Positions 11,604-22,722 of a DNA stretch of 64,000 nt are shown piece by piece. The position numbers and the translations under genes are program-made. Position 1 is the first letter of the stretch, and every line of letters starts with the position of its first letter. The DNA comes from Escherichia phage UGKSEcP2. Under the pieces are notes generated by a model. That model saw only the letters and a list, made by a program, of their open reading frames with translations, was not told the DNA's origin and made no database searches. The stretch lies in the sequence record OV876900, one strand, 5' to 3'.

Positions 11604-12284
11604 TTATTTTAATGTTACGAAAGAAGAATTGCGTGTTTCACGAATTAGAACTGATCCGTCACGATTAATGTAGTAAATTAAGCTAAATAAAGTTTGATGC
11701 GCAGACGCATGTTCAAAACTGGTTGGGCGAGATTTCCAATCTGGAGTTTCAGCAATCCATTGGTAAATCCACCAAGGAACAGTGCAGAATCCTGGATTTT
11801 TTCCAATCAGCTGAAGATTTGGGCTAAAGTTTTCCGGAAGAGTAAATACAGACGGCTTTTCAGATTCAATAATCTCAGCTACAGCCTGCTCGAATTTTTC
11901 TTCAACAAAAGGAGTATCTTCAATCAAAACATCAGTATTTTCAGGAATTTTATCCATTTCTACTACTTCAATTTTAATGTCAGATTTAACCGGAGAATCA
12001 ATCAGAAGTGCTGCCTCTGGATTGACTTCTTCATCGTCATATTTTAATCCGTCTGCGGCATCAGCAGCATCGATTAAGTCTTTAATAGATAACCCATCAG
12101 TCTCTGGCATAGGTTCACTAGCGAGCTTCTGGAGGGCTTCTTCAATATCATTAACGATATTATCAAAAGATTTATTCTTTTTGACCTTTATACCAAACTG
12201 TTCAGCATATTCAGCTAATTTAGCTTTAGCTTCTTTATTATCATCAAGAGCCTTCAGCTCTGCAATATAATCTTTATCTATCAT
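11604..12284 (-). CDS. inh: Inh, inhibitor of prohead protease
   Basis: 226-aa ORF in the position of T4 inh, downstream of hoc on same strand. Confidence 0.7.
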   Translation of the reverse strand: MIDKDYIAELKALDDNKEAKAKLAEYAEQFGIKVKKNKSFDNIVNDIEEALQKLASEPMPETDGLSIKDLIDAADAADGLKYDDEEVNPEAALLIDSPVKSDIKIEVVEMDKIPENTDVLIEDTPFVEEKFEQAVAEIIESEKPSVFTLPENFSPNLQLIGKNPGFCTVPWWIYQWIAETPDWKSRPTSFEHASAHQTLFSLIYYINRDGSVLIRETRNSSFVTLK

Positions 12285-12297
12285 AATATTTCCTCAG

Positions 12298-12305
12298 TAT
12301 AAATA
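12298..12305 (+). promoter_or_regulatory. late promoter TATAAATA (uvsW)
   Basis: Exact motif 30 nt upstream of the uvsW ATG. Confidence 0.65.
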
Positions 12306-12334
12306 TAGATATATTTATTACATGGTATTTAGAC

Positions 12335-13846
12335 ATGACTGACATTAAAGTACATTTTTATGATTTTAGTCACGTGAGAATTGATTGTGAAGAAAGTACA
12401 TTTCATGAACTCCGTGATTTCTTTAGCTTTGAAGCTGATGGGTATCGTTTTAATCCGAAGTACAAATATGGTCACTGGGATGGACGAATTCGTCTTTTAG
12501 ATTATAATCGCCTTCTTCCATTCGGTTTAGTCGGGCAAATTAAAAAGTTCTGTGATAACTTTGGCTATAAAGTCTGGATTGACCCGCAAATTAACGAAAA
12601 AGAAGAATTATCAAGAAAAGATTTTGATGAATGGCTTTCTAAATTAGAAATCTATTCAGGAAATAAAAGAATTGAACCGCATTGGTATCAAAAAGATGCA
12701 GTGTTCGAAGGATTAGTTAATCGTCGTAGAATTCTTAATCTTCCAACATCCGCAGGTAAATCTTTAATTCAAGCTTTGCTTGCTCGGTATTATTTGGAAA
12801 ATTATGAAGGCAAAATTCTTATCATTGTTCCAACAACTGCTCTGACAACTCAAATGGCTGATGACTTTGTTGACTATCGTTTATTCAGTCATGCAATGAT
12901 AAAGAAAATCGGCGGTGGAGCATCAAAAGATGATAAATATAAAAATGATGCACCAGTCGTTGTTGGTACATGGCAAACTGTAGTAAAACAACCAAAAGAA
13001 TGGTTCTCACAGTTTGGAATGATGATGAATGATGAATGTCATCTTGCTACAGGAAAAAGTATTTCATCTATCATATCAGGTTTAAATAACTGTATGTTTA
13101 AATTTGGTTTGTCTGGTTCATTGCGCGATGGCAAAGCTAATATCATGCAGTATGTTGGAATGTTCGGTGAAATATTTAAGCCAGTAACGACCTCTAAATT
13201 AATGGAAGATGGACAAGTAACTGAGTTAAAAATTAATAGTATTTTTCTTCGCTATCCCGATGAGTTCACTACTAAATTAAAGGGAAAAACTTACCAAGAA
13301 GAAATAAAAATTATTACTGGGCTCAGTAAAAGAAATAAATGGATCGCTAAATTAGCTATTAAGCTTGCGCAAAAAGATGAAAATGCTTTTGTCATGTTTA
13401 AACACGTATCGCACGGTAAAGCTATTTTCGATTTAATTAAAAATGAATACGATAAAGTTTATTACGTATCAGGGGAAGTTGATACCGAAACCCGCAATGT
13501 AATGAAAACCTTAGCTGAAAACGGTAAAGGAATAATTATAGTAGCTAGTTATGGTGTATTTTCTACTGGTATTTCAGTTAAAAATCTGCATCACGTTGTT
13601 TTAGCACACGGTGTTAAATCTAAAATTATTGTATTGCAAACAATAGGTCGCGTATTACGTAAGCATGGTTCTAAAACAATCGCAACAGTCTGGGACCTCA
13701 TAGATGATTGCGGTGTTAAGCCAAAATCTGCTAATACGAAAAAGAAATACGTTCATTTGAACTATCTTTTAAAACACGGCATTGATCGTATTCAGCGCTA
13801 CGCAGATGAAAAATTTAATTACGTAATGAAAACAGTTAATTTATAA
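12335..13846 (+). CDS. uvsW: UvsW RNA-DNA and DNA-DNA helicase
   Basis: 503-aa ORF; helicase motifs (Walker A PTSAGKS, DECH box); late promoter upstream. Confidence 0.93.
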   Translation: MTDIKVHFYDFSHVRIDCEESTFHELRDFFSFEADGYRFNPKYKYGHWDGRIRLLDYNRLLPFGLVGQIKKFCDNFGYKVWIDPQINEKEELSRKDFDEWLSKLEIYSGNKRIEPHWYQKDAVFEGLVNRRRILNLPTSAGKSLIQALLARYYLENYEGKILIIVPTTALTTQMADDFVDYRLFSHAMIKKIGGGASKDDKYKNDAPVVVGTWQTVVKQPKEWFSQFGMMMNDECHLATGKSISSIISGLNNCMFKFGLSGSLRDGKANIMQYVGMFGEIFKPVTTSKLMEDGQVTELKINSIFLRYPDEFTTKLKGKTYQEEIKIITGLSKRNKWIAKLAIKLAQKDENAFVMFKHVSHGKAIFDLIKNEYDKVYYVSGEVDTETRNVMKTLAENGKGIIIVASYGVFSTGISVKNLHHVVLAHGVKSKIIVLQTIGRVLRKHGSKTIATVWDLIDDCGVKPKSANTKKKYVHLNYLLKHGIDRIQRYADEKFNYVMKTVNL

Positions 13847-13859
13847 GGGCTTCGGCCCT
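13846..13859 (+). other. stem-loop between uvsW and uvsW.1 (GGGC-TTCG-GCCC)
   Basis: Hairpin then TTT; immediately precedes the uvsW.1 RBS. Confidence 0.45.
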
Positions 13860-13871
13860 TTGGAGAAAAAG

Positions 13872-14102
13872 ATGTTACTAGAATTTAAACAATTTCTTTA
13901 TGAAGCTTCTATTGATGAATTTATGGGTAAAATTGCCTCTTGTCAAACAATAGAAGGTCTAGAAGAACTTGAAGCTTATTATAAGAAAAGAGTTAAAGAA
14001 ACTGAATTAAAAGATACTGATGACATCTCAGTCAGAGATGCTTTGGCAGGAAAAAGAGCTGAATTAGAAGATTCAGACGATGAAGTAGAAGAAAACTTTT
14101 AA
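13872..14102 (+). CDS. uvsW.1: UvsW.1 small acidic protein
   Basis: 76 aa from ATG at 13872 with GGAG upstream (track ORF begins at TTG 13860). Confidence 0.65.
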   Translation: MLLEFKQFLYEASIDEFMGKIASCQTIEGLEELEAYYKKRVKETELKDTDDISVRDALAGKRAELEDSDDEVEENF

Positions 14103-14157
14103 ATTAAAAAAGGCCCAACCAAAAAGGAAGGGCCAAAACTATAGACTAAAGGTCACA

Positions 14158-14325
14158 CTATAGCAAAAGTTGTGTTTCATTTAATTGTTCTTCCGAACTT
14201 TCTGAAACTGGTAGTTCTTTAATGTAATTATAACAAGGCCCAGGATGTACAGGACCTTTGTCTGTTTCAACAACCAATGCAGAATCGATTGGAGTTTTAC
14301 AGACAACACAAATCTTATCTGACAT
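14158..14325 (-). CDS. small Cys-rich protein (CxxC...HPGPC), positional equivalent of T4 uvsY.-2
   Basis: 55-aa ORF translated by hand (MSDKICVVCKTPIDS...); GGAGGA RBS; below the track size cut-off. Confidence 0.5.
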   Translation of the reverse strand: MSDKICVVCKTPIDSALVVETDKGPVHPGPCYNYIKELPVSESSEEQLNETQLLL

Positions 14326-14350
14326 GATTGTCTCCTCTAAATTATATATC

Positions 14351-14358
14351 TATTTATA
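14351..14358 (-). promoter_or_regulatory. late promoter TATAAATA for the small Cys-rich ORF
   Basis: TATTTATA on + strand. Confidence 0.5.
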
Positions 14359-14578
14359 TAACTCTCATATGCATATCAATGCCCATATCTTTGGAATAAA
14401 AATATTCATCAAGATATCCGGCAAATTTTCCTTTAACATAAAGTACATCTTCACCACATGGATGATCGGCCAGGATACGAATATCCTGACGCTTGAGATT
14501 ATACTTTTTCATTAAGAATTGAATTTCCGTTTCGAATTCTTCTTCATAATTAAAAGCATCATCAATGCTATATTTCAT
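14354..14578 (-). CDS. hypothetical protein downstream of uvsY
   Basis: 74-aa ORF; start overlaps uvsY stop. Confidence 0.6.
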   Translation of the reverse strand: MKYSIDDAFNYEEEFETEIQFLMKKYNLKRQDIRILADHPCGEDVLYVKGKFAGYLDEYFYSKDMGIDMHMRVI

Positions 14579-14991
14579 TATTTTCCAGCCTCAAATGCTC
14601 GCATGTCTTGAATATGCTTAATAGCAAATCCGCGTGATTTAATAGCATCAAGAGCTCCGCTACAGAAATCCAATAAAATTCCCCAATACTGCAATGAAGT
14701 ATCAACTTTTAAAACATCCTTATCAGCTGATAGAACTGTCTTCATTTCTGATTTCTCATAACGGTCCATACTAAATTCATCACCATCTCCTCGTCCCGAG
14801 TAGTAGTCTAATTTAGCTTTAAGAGCAACTTTTTTCTGTGCTTCAATTCTAAGCATTTCCTTTTTAATACTTGAATGCTTATTGAGCCATTTACTATATA
14901 ACATCACATTATTAGCTGCTTCATACTGTAATTTAGTCGAATCTATAAACACATCTTTCTTCAATTCTTCTTGAAGATCTTCTAATCTCAT
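14578..14991 (-). CDS. uvsY: UvsY recombination mediator
   Basis: 137-aa ORF, same length as T4 UvsY. Confidence 0.9.
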   Translation of the reverse strand: MRLEDLQEELKKDVFIDSTKLQYEAANNVMLYSKWLNKHSSIKKEMLRIEAQKKVALKAKLDYYSGRGDGDEFSMDRYEKSEMKTVLSADKDVLKVDTSLQYWGILLDFCSGALDAIKSRGFAIKHIQDMRAFEAGK

Positions 14992-15057
14992 ATTGTTCTC
15001 TATTCAATTGTTATTGGATGGACTTAGATTCATTATACCACGTTTATACGTGAAGCA

Positions 15058-15456
15058 TTATACTCTGTTACTGGAAGCCAGTTGTAGTTTTATCTGCTCA
15101 ATATCATCAGGGTTATCGATGACTGAAAAGCGTATTTCTACTATCAGAGTATAATCATCATAAACCGGTATTACATTAACTGCTAATTTATCAATACGTG
15201 GCTCGTAGTTTCTTACTGCGCTTTCAATGTTACGCTCAACAGTATCAGCAGTAAGAGGAGTCATATTCTCAAAAAGCTGATCAGATAAATCGCATCCAAA
15301 TTCTGGGTCAAATGGCCTTGACCCTTTCCTGGTTGTAATAATTCCTAAAAGGCTATTTTTAATTGACCTTAATCCAAGAGATCTTGAAACATCTTTGTCC
15401 CAATCCATTTTCATTTCTGGGTCAATGTCAGAATAAAGCTTATTAATATTTGCCAT
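15058..15456 (-). CDS. 25: baseplate wedge protein gp25
   Basis: 132-aa ORF, same length and position as T4 gp25. Confidence 0.9.
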   Translation of the reverse strand: MANINKLYSDIDPEMKMDWDKDVSRSLGLRSIKNSLLGIITTRKGSRPFDPEFGCDLSDQLFENMTPLTADTVERNIESAVRNYEPRIDKLAVNVIPVYDDYTLIVEIRFSVIDNPDDIEQIKLQLASSNRV

Positions 15457-16082
15457 TACAATAGCTCAAAGAATTCTTTGAGTCCTCTTATTACATGAGC
15501 GTGAGTTTTTCCACACTCTGGACACTTAATTGGAACAGCCAAATAAACAGTAGGCTTTAAAAGCATATCTTTTATAGCTACAATATCTGGCTCTGTGATG
15601 ATAGAATATAAATCTTCCAGTTCTTTTTCATTTAAGTCTTCAACTGGAATGCTTTCACCGTTAGCATGAATCGTTTCTATGCATGATACTATCATGTGGG
15701 CTATATTTTTATCATCAAAAATTTTAGGGTAATGGAACTTAATTTTAATGTCACCCAGTGTATACCAGAGGTCTTCTGGTGCATCTATTTGTGTATGTAA
15801 TAGATTTATATGGGTTGGTATTTCAGTTCCACAGGTGCACTTCCAGGAGTTTTCATGATTAACTTCTCCAAGAGAATGCGCCCATAAATGAATCAGCAGT
15901 AGTTCTGATTCTTGACGGTTTAAATCTTTTGCATTTGTGCATTCTTTGATTAGCTTTTTAACGATCTCTTCTACTGAACCGTTCTTTTTAGCAGTAATAA
16001 GCTCTAGATATTCTTTAAGAGTAAATGCGCGACAGTTGATTATTTTAGAACCAACTCTCACATCAAATTTGTATTCATACAT
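15456..16082 (-). CDS. 26: baseplate hub protein gp26
   Basis: 208-aa ORF; divergent from gene 51 with shared late-promoter region. Confidence 0.85.
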   Translation of the reverse strand: MYEYKFDVRVGSKIINCRAFTLKEYLELITAKKNGSVEEIVKKLIKECTNAKDLNRQESELLLIHLWAHSLGEVNHENSWKCTCGTEIPTHINLLHTQIDAPEDLWYTLGDIKIKFHYPKIFDDKNIAHMIVSCIETIHANGESIPVEDLNEKELEDLYSIITEPDIVAIKDMLLKPTVYLAVPIKCPECGKTHAHVIRGLKEFFELL

Positions 16083-16103
16083 ATTTAGCTCCTTTATTTA
16101 TCA

Positions 16104-16115
16104 TATTTATAAATA
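16104..16115. promoter_or_regulatory. overlapping divergent late promoters (gene 26 on -, gene 51 on +)
   Basis: TATTTATAAATA contains TATAAATA on both strands. Confidence 0.6.
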
Positions 16116-16132
16116 GAATAAAAGGAGCATCT

Positions 16133-16885
16133 ATGGCAAACATTATTCGTTGTAAATTACCAGATGGTGTTCATCGTTTTAAACCATTTACGGTAGAAGA
16201 TTATCGAGATTTTTTGTTAGTTCGAAACGATATAGAACATCGGTCACCACAAGAACAAAAAGAAATAATTGCTGATTTAATTGCCGATTATTTTGGAGAC
16301 TATCCGAAGACTTGGCAACCATTTATATTTTTGCAGGTATTTGTAGGGTCAATAGGTAAAACTAAAGTACCGGTCACATTTGTATGTCCAAAATGCAAAA
16401 AAGAAAAGACAGTTCCATTTGAAATATATCAAAAAGAATTAAAGGAACCTATTTTTGACGTAGCTAATGTTAGAATTAAATTAAATTTTCCTTCTGAGTT
16501 TTATGAAAATAAAGCAAAGATGATTACTGAAAATATTCATTCTGTTCAAGTAGATGAAATATGGTATGATTGGAAGGAAATTAGTGAATCAAGTCAAATA
16601 GAACTTGTTGACGCCATTGAGATAGAAACATTAGAAAAAATTCTCGATGCAATGAATCCTATTAATTTAACACTGCATATGTCGTGTTGTAATAAGTATG
16701 TAAAAAAATACACTGATATAGTAGATGTGTTTAAGCTATTAGTTAATCCAGATGAGATATTTACTTTTTATCAAATTAATCACACACTTGTAAAAAGTAA
16801 TTATAGCTTAAATTCAATAATGAAAATGATTCCTGCTGAGCGCGGATTCGTATTAAAACTGATTGAGAAGGATAAACAACAATGA
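16133..16885 (+). CDS. 51: baseplate hub assembly protein gp51
   Basis: 250-aa ORF, late promoter upstream. Confidence 0.85.
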   Translation: MANIIRCKLPDGVHRFKPFTVEDYRDFLLVRNDIEHRSPQEQKEIIADLIADYFGDYPKTWQPFIFLQVFVGSIGKTKVPVTFVCPKCKKEKTVPFEIYQKELKEPIFDVANVRIKLNFPSEFYENKAKMITENIHSVQVDEIWYDWKEISESSQIELVDAIEIETLEKILDAMNPINLTLHMSCCNKYVKKYTDIVDVFKLLVNPDEIFTFYQINHTLVKSNYSLNSIMKMIPAERGFVLKLIEKDKQQ

Positions 16886-18057
16886 GTATGTTGCAACGCC
16901 CCGGATATCCAAATCTCAGCGTTAAATTATTTGAGAGTTATGACGCTTGGAGTAATAATAGATTTGTTGAATTAGCTGCTACTATTACCACATTAACTAT
17001 GCGGGATTCTCTTTATGGTCGAAATGAAGGAATGCTGCAGTTTTATGATTCTAAAAATATCCATACAAAAATGGATGGAAATGAAATAATTCAGATTTCT
17101 GTAGCTAATGCAAACGATATTAATAATGTTAAAACACGAATTTATGGATGTAAGCACTTTTCCGTATCGGTAGATTCAAAGGGTGATAACATCATTGCTA
17201 TTGAATTGGGAACTATTCATTCTATAGAAAATCTTAAATTTGGCAGACCGTTTTTCTCTGATGCAGGTGAATCTATAAAGGAAATGCTTGGTGTCATTTA
17301 TCAGGATCGCACGTTATTAACTCCAGCAATAAATGCTATAAATGCTTATGTTCCTGATATTCCATGGACTAGCACATTTGAAAACTATTTGTCGTATGTC
17401 AGAGAAGTTGCTCTAGCTGTAGGAAGTGACAAATTTGTATTTGTATGGCAAGACATCATGGGAGTTAACATGATGGACTATGATATGATGATAAATCAAG
17501 AACCGTATCCAATGATTGTCGGTGAGCCATCTTTAATAGGTCAATTTGTTCAAGAATTAAAATATCCATTAGCATATGATTTCGTTTGGTTGACTAAATC
17601 GAATCCTCATAAACGCGACCCAATGAAAAATGCTACTATCTATGCGCATTCATTTTTAGATTCTTCATTGCCAATGATTACTACAGGAAAGGGCGAAAAC
17701 TCTATTGTAGTGTCAAGGTCAGGTGCTTATTCTGAAATGACTTATAGGAATGGATATGAAGAAGCTATTCGTCTTCAAACTATGGCGCAATATGACGGCT
17801 ATGCTAAATGTTCTACTGTCGGTAATTTTAACTTGACTCCTGGCGTTAAAATTATTTTTAATGATAGTAAAAACCAATTTAAAACAGAATTTTACGTTGA
17901 TGAAGTTATCCATGAATTATCCAATAATAATTCAGTAACTCATCTATATATGTTCACTAATGCAACGAAACTGGAAACAATAGACCCAGTTAAGGTTAAA
18001 AATGAATTTAAATCTGATACTACCACTGAAGAAAGTAGTTCTTCCAATAAGCAATAA
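16882..18057 (+). CDS. 27: baseplate hub protein gp27
   Basis: 391-aa ORF, ATGA overlap with gene 51. Confidence 0.9.
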   Translation: MSMLQRPGYPNLSVKLFESYDAWSNNRFVELAATITTLTMRDSLYGRNEGMLQFYDSKNIHTKMDGNEIIQISVANANDINNVKTRIYGCKHFSVSVDSKGDNIIAIELGTIHSIENLKFGRPFFSDAGESIKEMLGVIYQDRTLLTPAINAINAYVPDIPWTSTFENYLSYVREVALAVGSDKFVFVWQDIMGVNMMDYDMMINQEPYPMIVGEPSLIGQFVQELKYPLAYDFVWLTKSNPHKRDPMKNATIYAHSFLDSSLPMITTGKGENSIVVSRSGAYSEMTYRNGYEEAIRLQTMAQYDGYAKCSTVGNFNLTPGVKIIFNDSKNQFKTEFYVDEVIHELSNNNSVTHLYMFTNATKLETIDPVKVKNEFKSDTTTEESSSSNKQ

Positions 18058-18535
18058 AGAAGTTTCTATTCCTAAAATGGGTCTTAAACATTATAACATT
18101 TTAAAAGATGTTAAAGGTCCTGATGAAAATTTAAAACTTCTTATTGATTCTATTTGTCCGAATTTATCACCAGCAGAAGTTGATTTCGTTTCCATTCATT
18201 TATTGGAATTTAATGGAAAGATTAAATCCCGTAAAGAAATAGATGGTTATACTTATGACATTAATGATGTTTATGTGTGCCAAAGATTAGAATTTCAATA
18301 CCAAGGAAATACATTTTATTTTAGACCTCCTGGAAAATTTGAGCAATTTTTGACAGTAAGCGATATGTTATCTAAATGCTTGCTTAAGGTCAATGATGAA
18401 GTTAAAGAAATTAATTTTCTTGAGATGCCAGCATTTGTATTAAAATGGGCAAATGATATTTCTACAACTTTAGCAATTCCTGGCCCTAATGGTCCAATAA
18501 CTGGAATTGGCAATATTATTGGATTATTTGAATGA
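18002..18535 (+). CDS. 28: baseplate hub distal protein gp28
   Basis: 177-aa ORF; overlaps 3' end of gene 27 by 56 nt in a different frame. Confidence 0.8.
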   Translation: MNLNLILPLKKVVLPISNKEVSIPKMGLKHYNILKDVKGPDENLKLLIDSICPNLSPAEVDFVSIHLLEFNGKIKSRKEIDGYTYDINDVYVCQRLEFQYQGNTFYFRPPGKFEQFLTVSDMLSKCLLKVNDEVKEINFLEMPAFVLKWANDISTTLAIPGPNGPITGIGNIIGLFE

Positions 18536-20304
18536 AAAAGCCACAAGAAATGCAAACGATGCGTAGAAAAGTTATTTCAGATAATAAACCAGTTCAGGAA
18601 GCGGCTAAATCCGCTTCTAACACTTTATCTGGGCTTAATGACATTTCTACAAAATTGGATGATGCTCAAGCTGCTTCTGAATTAATAGCTCAAACCGTTG
18701 AAGAAAAATCGAATGAAATAATTGGAGCAATTGACAATGTAGAAAGCGCAGTGAGTGATACTACTGCTGGTTCTGAGTTAATTGCTGAAACTGTAGAAAT
18801 TGGCAACAATATTAATAAAGAAATTGGCGAATCGCTCGGAAGTAAATTAGATAAATTAACGAGTTTACTAGAGCAAAAAATTCAAACAGCTGGAATTCAA
18901 CAGACAGGAACCAGCTTAGCTGTAGTCGAAAGTGCTATTCCCGTTAAAGTTGTTGAGGATGATACAGCTGAATTTGTTGGTCCATTATTACCAGCTCCTG
19001 AAGCAGTTAATAATGATCCTGACGCTGATTTTTTCCCTGCCCCTCAACCAGTTGAACCTAAGCGAGAGTCACCGGAAGAAAAACAGAAAAAAGAAGCATT
19101 TAATTTAAAATTATCTCAAGCTTTAGATAAATTAACAAAGACTGTTGATTTTGGATTTAAAAAATCCATTTCAATTACTGATAAAATATCAAGCATGCTA
19201 TTTAAGTATACTGTCAGTGCTGCTATTGAAGCTGCTAAAATGGTTGCATTAATAATGGCTGTTGTTATTGGAATAGACCTACTGATGGTTCATTTTAAAT
19301 ATTGGTCAGATAAATTTTCAAAAGCCTGGGATTTGTTTAGCACTGATTTTAAAACTTTTTCAAGCGAAACCGGAACTTGGGGTCCTTTATTACAGAGCAT
19401 CTTTGAATCTATTGATGAAATTAAAAAGTTCTGGGAAGCGGGAGATTGGGGCGGTTTGACGGTAGCTATTGTAGAAGGGCTTGGAAAGGTTCTTTATAAT
19501 TTAGGAGAACTTATTCAGCTTGGAATGGCTAAATTATCAGCAGCAATTCTTCGAGTTATTCCTGGTATGAAAGATACTGCTGACGAAGTAGAAGGAAGAG
19601 CACTGGAAAATTTCCAAAATTCTACTGGAGCATCTCTCAATAAAGAAGACCAGGAAAAAGTTGCGAATTATCAAGATAAACGAATGAATGGAGACCTTGG
19701 TCCGATAGCAGAAGGACTAGACAAAATTGCGAACTGGAAAACTCGTGCATCTAACTGGATTCGTGGTGTTGATAATAAAGAAGCATTGACAACTGATGAA
19801 GAACGCGCAGCAGAAGAAGAAAAATTAAAGCAGCTTTCACCAGAAGAAAGAAAAAATGCTTTAATGAAGGCTAATGAAGCCCGTGCCGCGATGATTCGTT
19901 TTGAAAAATATGCTGATTCAGCTGATATGAGTAAAGACTCAACGGTTAAATCAGTTGAAGCTGCCTATGAAGACCTTAAAAAACGGATGGATGACCCGGA
20001 TTTAAATAATTCACCGGCAGTTAAAAAAGAACTTGCTGCTAGATTTTCTAAAATTGATGCTACTTATCAAGAGCTCAAGAAAAATCAGCCTAATGCCAAA
20101 CCTGAAACTTCTGCTAAATCGCCAGAAGCAAAACAAGTCCAGGTAATAGAAAAGAACAAAGCACAGCAAGCTCCTGTTCAACAAGCATCTCCTTCAATCA
20201 ATAATACTAATAATGTTATTAAGAAAAATACTGTCGTTCATAATATGACACCCGTAACGAGCACAACTGCTCCTGGTGTATTTGGCGCGACTGGAGTTAA
20301 TTAA
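18532..20304 (+). CDS. 29: baseplate hub / tail length determinator gp29
   Basis: 590-aa ORF, ATGA overlap with gene 28. Confidence 0.85.
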   Translation: MKKPQEMQTMRRKVISDNKPVQEAAKSASNTLSGLNDISTKLDDAQAASELIAQTVEEKSNEIIGAIDNVESAVSDTTAGSELIAETVEIGNNINKEIGESLGSKLDKLTSLLEQKIQTAGIQQTGTSLAVVESAIPVKVVEDDTAEFVGPLLPAPEAVNNDPDADFFPAPQPVEPKRESPEEKQKKEAFNLKLSQALDKLTKTVDFGFKKSISITDKISSMLFKYTVSAAIEAAKMVALIMAVVIGIDLLMVHFKYWSDKFSKAWDLFSTDFKTFSSETGTWGPLLQSIFESIDEIKKFWEAGDWGGLTVAIVEGLGKVLYNLGELIQLGMAKLSAAILRVIPGMKDTADEVEGRALENFQNSTGASLNKEDQEKVANYQDKRMNGDLGPIAEGLDKIANWKTRASNWIRGVDNKEALTTDEERAAEEEKLKQLSPEERKNALMKANEARAAMIRFEKYADSADMSKDSTVKSVEAAYEDLKKRMDDPDLNNSPAVKKELAARFSKIDATYQELKKNQPNAKPETSAKSPEAKQVQVIEKNKAQQAPVQQASPSINNTNNVIKKNTVVHNMTPVTSTTAPGVFGATGVN

Positions 20305-20312
20305 GGAATAAT

Positions 20313-21407
20313 ATGGCAATTGTTAAAGAAATAACTGCTGATTTAATTAAAAAGTCCGGTGAGAAAATTTCAGCCGGACAGAGTACTAAATCAGAAGTAG
20401 GAACTAAAACATACACAGCCCAGTTTCCAACTGGGCGTGCTAGTGGGAATGACACTACAGGGGACTTCCAGGTAACAGATCTATATAAGAATGGATTATT
20501 ATTTACTGCATACAATATGTCATCTAGGGATTCTGGAAGTCTCAGAACGATGAGATCTAACTACTCTTCTTCATCTTCTAGTATTTTACGTACAGCCAGA
20601 AACACTATCAGTAATACAGTATCAAAACTATCAAATGGATTAATATCAGATAATAATTCAGGAACAATAAGTAAAGTTCCTGTTGCAAATATTCTTTTAC
20701 CGAGATCTAAATCCGATGTTGATACATCATCACATAGATTTAACGATGTTCAAGATAGTCTTATTACAAAAGGTGGAGGTACTGCTACTGGCGTGTTAAG
20801 CAATATGGCTTCAACTGCAGTATTTGGAGCACTGGAAAGTATAACACAAGGTATAATGGCTGATAATAATGAACAGATTTATACGACAGCCAGAAGTATG
20901 TATGGTGGTGCTGAGAATAGAACTAAAGTGTTCACTTGGGATTTGACTCCGCGTTCCACAGAAGATTTAATGGCTATTATTAATATCTATCAATATTTTA
21001 ACTATTTTTCTTACGGTGAAACGGGTAAATCTCAATATGCTGCTGAAATAAAAGGATATCTAGATGAGTGGTATCGCTCTACTTTTATTGAGCCATTAAC
21101 TCCAGAAGATGCAGTTAAAAATAAGACGTTATTTGAGAAAATGACATCGAGTTTAACTAACGTTCTTGTAGTTTCAAACCCGACAATTTGGATGGTTAAA
21201 AACTTTGGCGCAACTTCTAAATTTGACGGAAAAACAGAAGTGTTTGGACCGTGTCAAATTCAAAGTATTAGATTTGATAAAACTCCGAATGGTAATTTTA
21301 ACGGATTAGCTATTGCTCCAAACCTCCCTAGTACATTTACTCTTGAGATTACTATGAGAGAAATTATCACGTTAAATCGTGCTTCTTTATATGCGGGGAC
21401 TTTTTAA
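20313..21407 (+). CDS. 48: baseplate tail tube cap gp48
   Basis: 364-aa ORF in T4 gene order. Confidence 0.85.
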   Translation: MAIVKEITADLIKKSGEKISAGQSTKSEVGTKTYTAQFPTGRASGNDTTGDFQVTDLYKNGLLFTAYNMSSRDSGSLRTMRSNYSSSSSSILRTARNTISNTVSKLSNGLISDNNSGTISKVPVANILLPRSKSDVDTSSHRFNDVQDSLITKGGGTATGVLSNMASTAVFGALESITQGIMADNNEQIYTTARSMYGGAENRTKVFTWDLTPRSTEDLMAIINIYQYFNYFSYGETGKSQYAAEIKGYLDEWYRSTFIEPLTPEDAVKNKTLFEKMTSSLTNVLVVSNPTIWMVKNFGATSKFDGKTEVFGPCQIQSIRFDKTPNGNFNGLAIAPNLPSTFTLEITMREIITLNRASLYAGTF

Positions 21408-22372
21408 TGTATTCTTTAGAGGAATTTAATAATCAAGCAATAAACGCAGATTTCCAACGTAATAATATGTTTAGCTGCGTTTTTGCGACAACTCCATCAA
21501 CTAAAAGCTCTTCGTTGATAAGTTCAATTAGCAACTTTTCTTATAATAATTTGGGTCTAAATTCAGACTGGTTAGGATTGTCTCAAGGCGATATTAATCA
21601 GGGAATTACCACGCTAATTACTGCTGGCACACAAAAACTGATAAGAAAATCAGGGGTTAGTAAATATCTTATTGGTGCCATGAGTCAACGTACAGTTCAA
21701 AGTTTATTGGGCTCATTTACAGTTGGTACATATTTAATTGACTTCTTTAACATGGCATATAACTCATCTGGGTTGATGATATATTCTGTAAAAATGCCAG
21801 AGAATAGATTATCCTATGAAACTGACTGGAACTATAATTCTCCTAATATTCGTATAACTGGGAGAGAATTAGACCCTTTGGTTATTTCATTTAGAATGGA
21901 TTCAGAAGCTTGTAACTATCGTGCAATGCAAGACTGGGTTAACGCTGTTCAAGACCCAGTAACTGGACTGCGTGCTTTGCCACAAGATGTCGAGGCAGAT
22001 ATTCAGGTTAATCTTCATGCTCGTAATGGATTACCTCATACTGCGGTGATGTTCACCGGATGCATTCCAGTGTCAGTGAGCGCTCCTGAGTTATCATATG
22101 ATGGAGATAACCAAATAACTACATTTGATGTTACTTTTGCGTATAGAGTCATGCAGGCTGGAGCAGTTGATAGACAAGCTGCCCTTGAATGGCTTGAATC
22201 TGCTGCTATAAACGGTATTCAAAGCGTTCTCGGAAATAGTGGAGGCGTTACTGGATTATCTAATTCGCTTTCACGACTTAGTAGATTAGGGGGAACTGCT
22301 GGAAGCATTTCAAACATTAATACTATGACAGGAATTGTCAATTCGCAAAGTAAAATATTAGGAGCAATATAA
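21407..22372 (+). CDS. 54: baseplate tail tube initiator gp54
   Basis: 321-aa ORF, TAATG overlap with gene 48. Confidence 0.85.
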   Translation: MYSLEEFNNQAINADFQRNNMFSCVFATTPSTKSSSLISSISNFSYNNLGLNSDWLGLSQGDINQGITTLITAGTQKLIRKSGVSKYLIGAMSQRTVQSLLGSFTVGTYLIDFFNMAYNSSGLMIYSVKMPENRLSYETDWNYNSPNIRITGRELDPLVISFRMDSEACNYRAMQDWVNAVQDPVTGLRALPQDVEADIQVNLHARNGLPHTAVMFTGCIPVSVSAPELSYDGDNQITTFDVTFAYRVMQAGAVDRQAALEWLESAAINGIQSVLGNSGGVTGLSNSLSRLSRLGGTAGSISNINTMTGIVNSQSKILGAI

Positions 22373-22375
22373 CAA

Positions 22376-22393
22376 TGGGGACCGAAAGGTCCC
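22376..22393. terminator. bidirectional terminator between gene 54 (+) and minus-strand early ORF
   Basis: GGGGACC-GAAA-GGTCCCC with flanking T-run. Confidence 0.7.
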
Positions 22394-22400
22394 CATATTT

Positions 22401-22691
22401 TTATTTACGGAATGAAATAAAAGCAGCAACTGAAGCGACTAAACTGTCTTCAATATAAACTTCAATTTTTACCGGAGCTTCTGACTCAAATTTACCTGTT
22501 ACTACACCTTGGAAAATGCTTTCAGTCTGTTCTGGCTTTGAAAAATTTTCAGAAGGAAAAATTCCGAACTTTTTATCTGTTCCAAAAATTTTGATAAATT
22601 CATCATAAACTGCTTCATTAAAAGCGTTATCAGCAGGAATAACGCCTTCAACTACAAGTTCTTGACCTAAAAAGCGTAAAGAAGATTTCAT
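22401..22691 (-). CDS. hypothetical early protein between gene 54 and alt cluster
   Basis: 96-aa ORF; own early promoter and GAGGAA RBS. Confidence 0.6.
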   Translation of the reverse strand: MKSSLRFLGQELVVEGVIPADNAFNEAVYDEFIKIFGTDKKFGIFPSENFSKPEQTESIFQGVVTGKFESEAPVKIEVYIEDSLVASVAAFISFRK

Positions 22692-22722
22692 TTTGTGTTC
22701 CTCATGTTATGTCAGTAAGATT

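Noticed and set aside
11694-12270. Two plus-strand ORFs (117 and 97 aa)
   Set aside because: Antisense to inh, low-complexity translations, no promoter or RBS.
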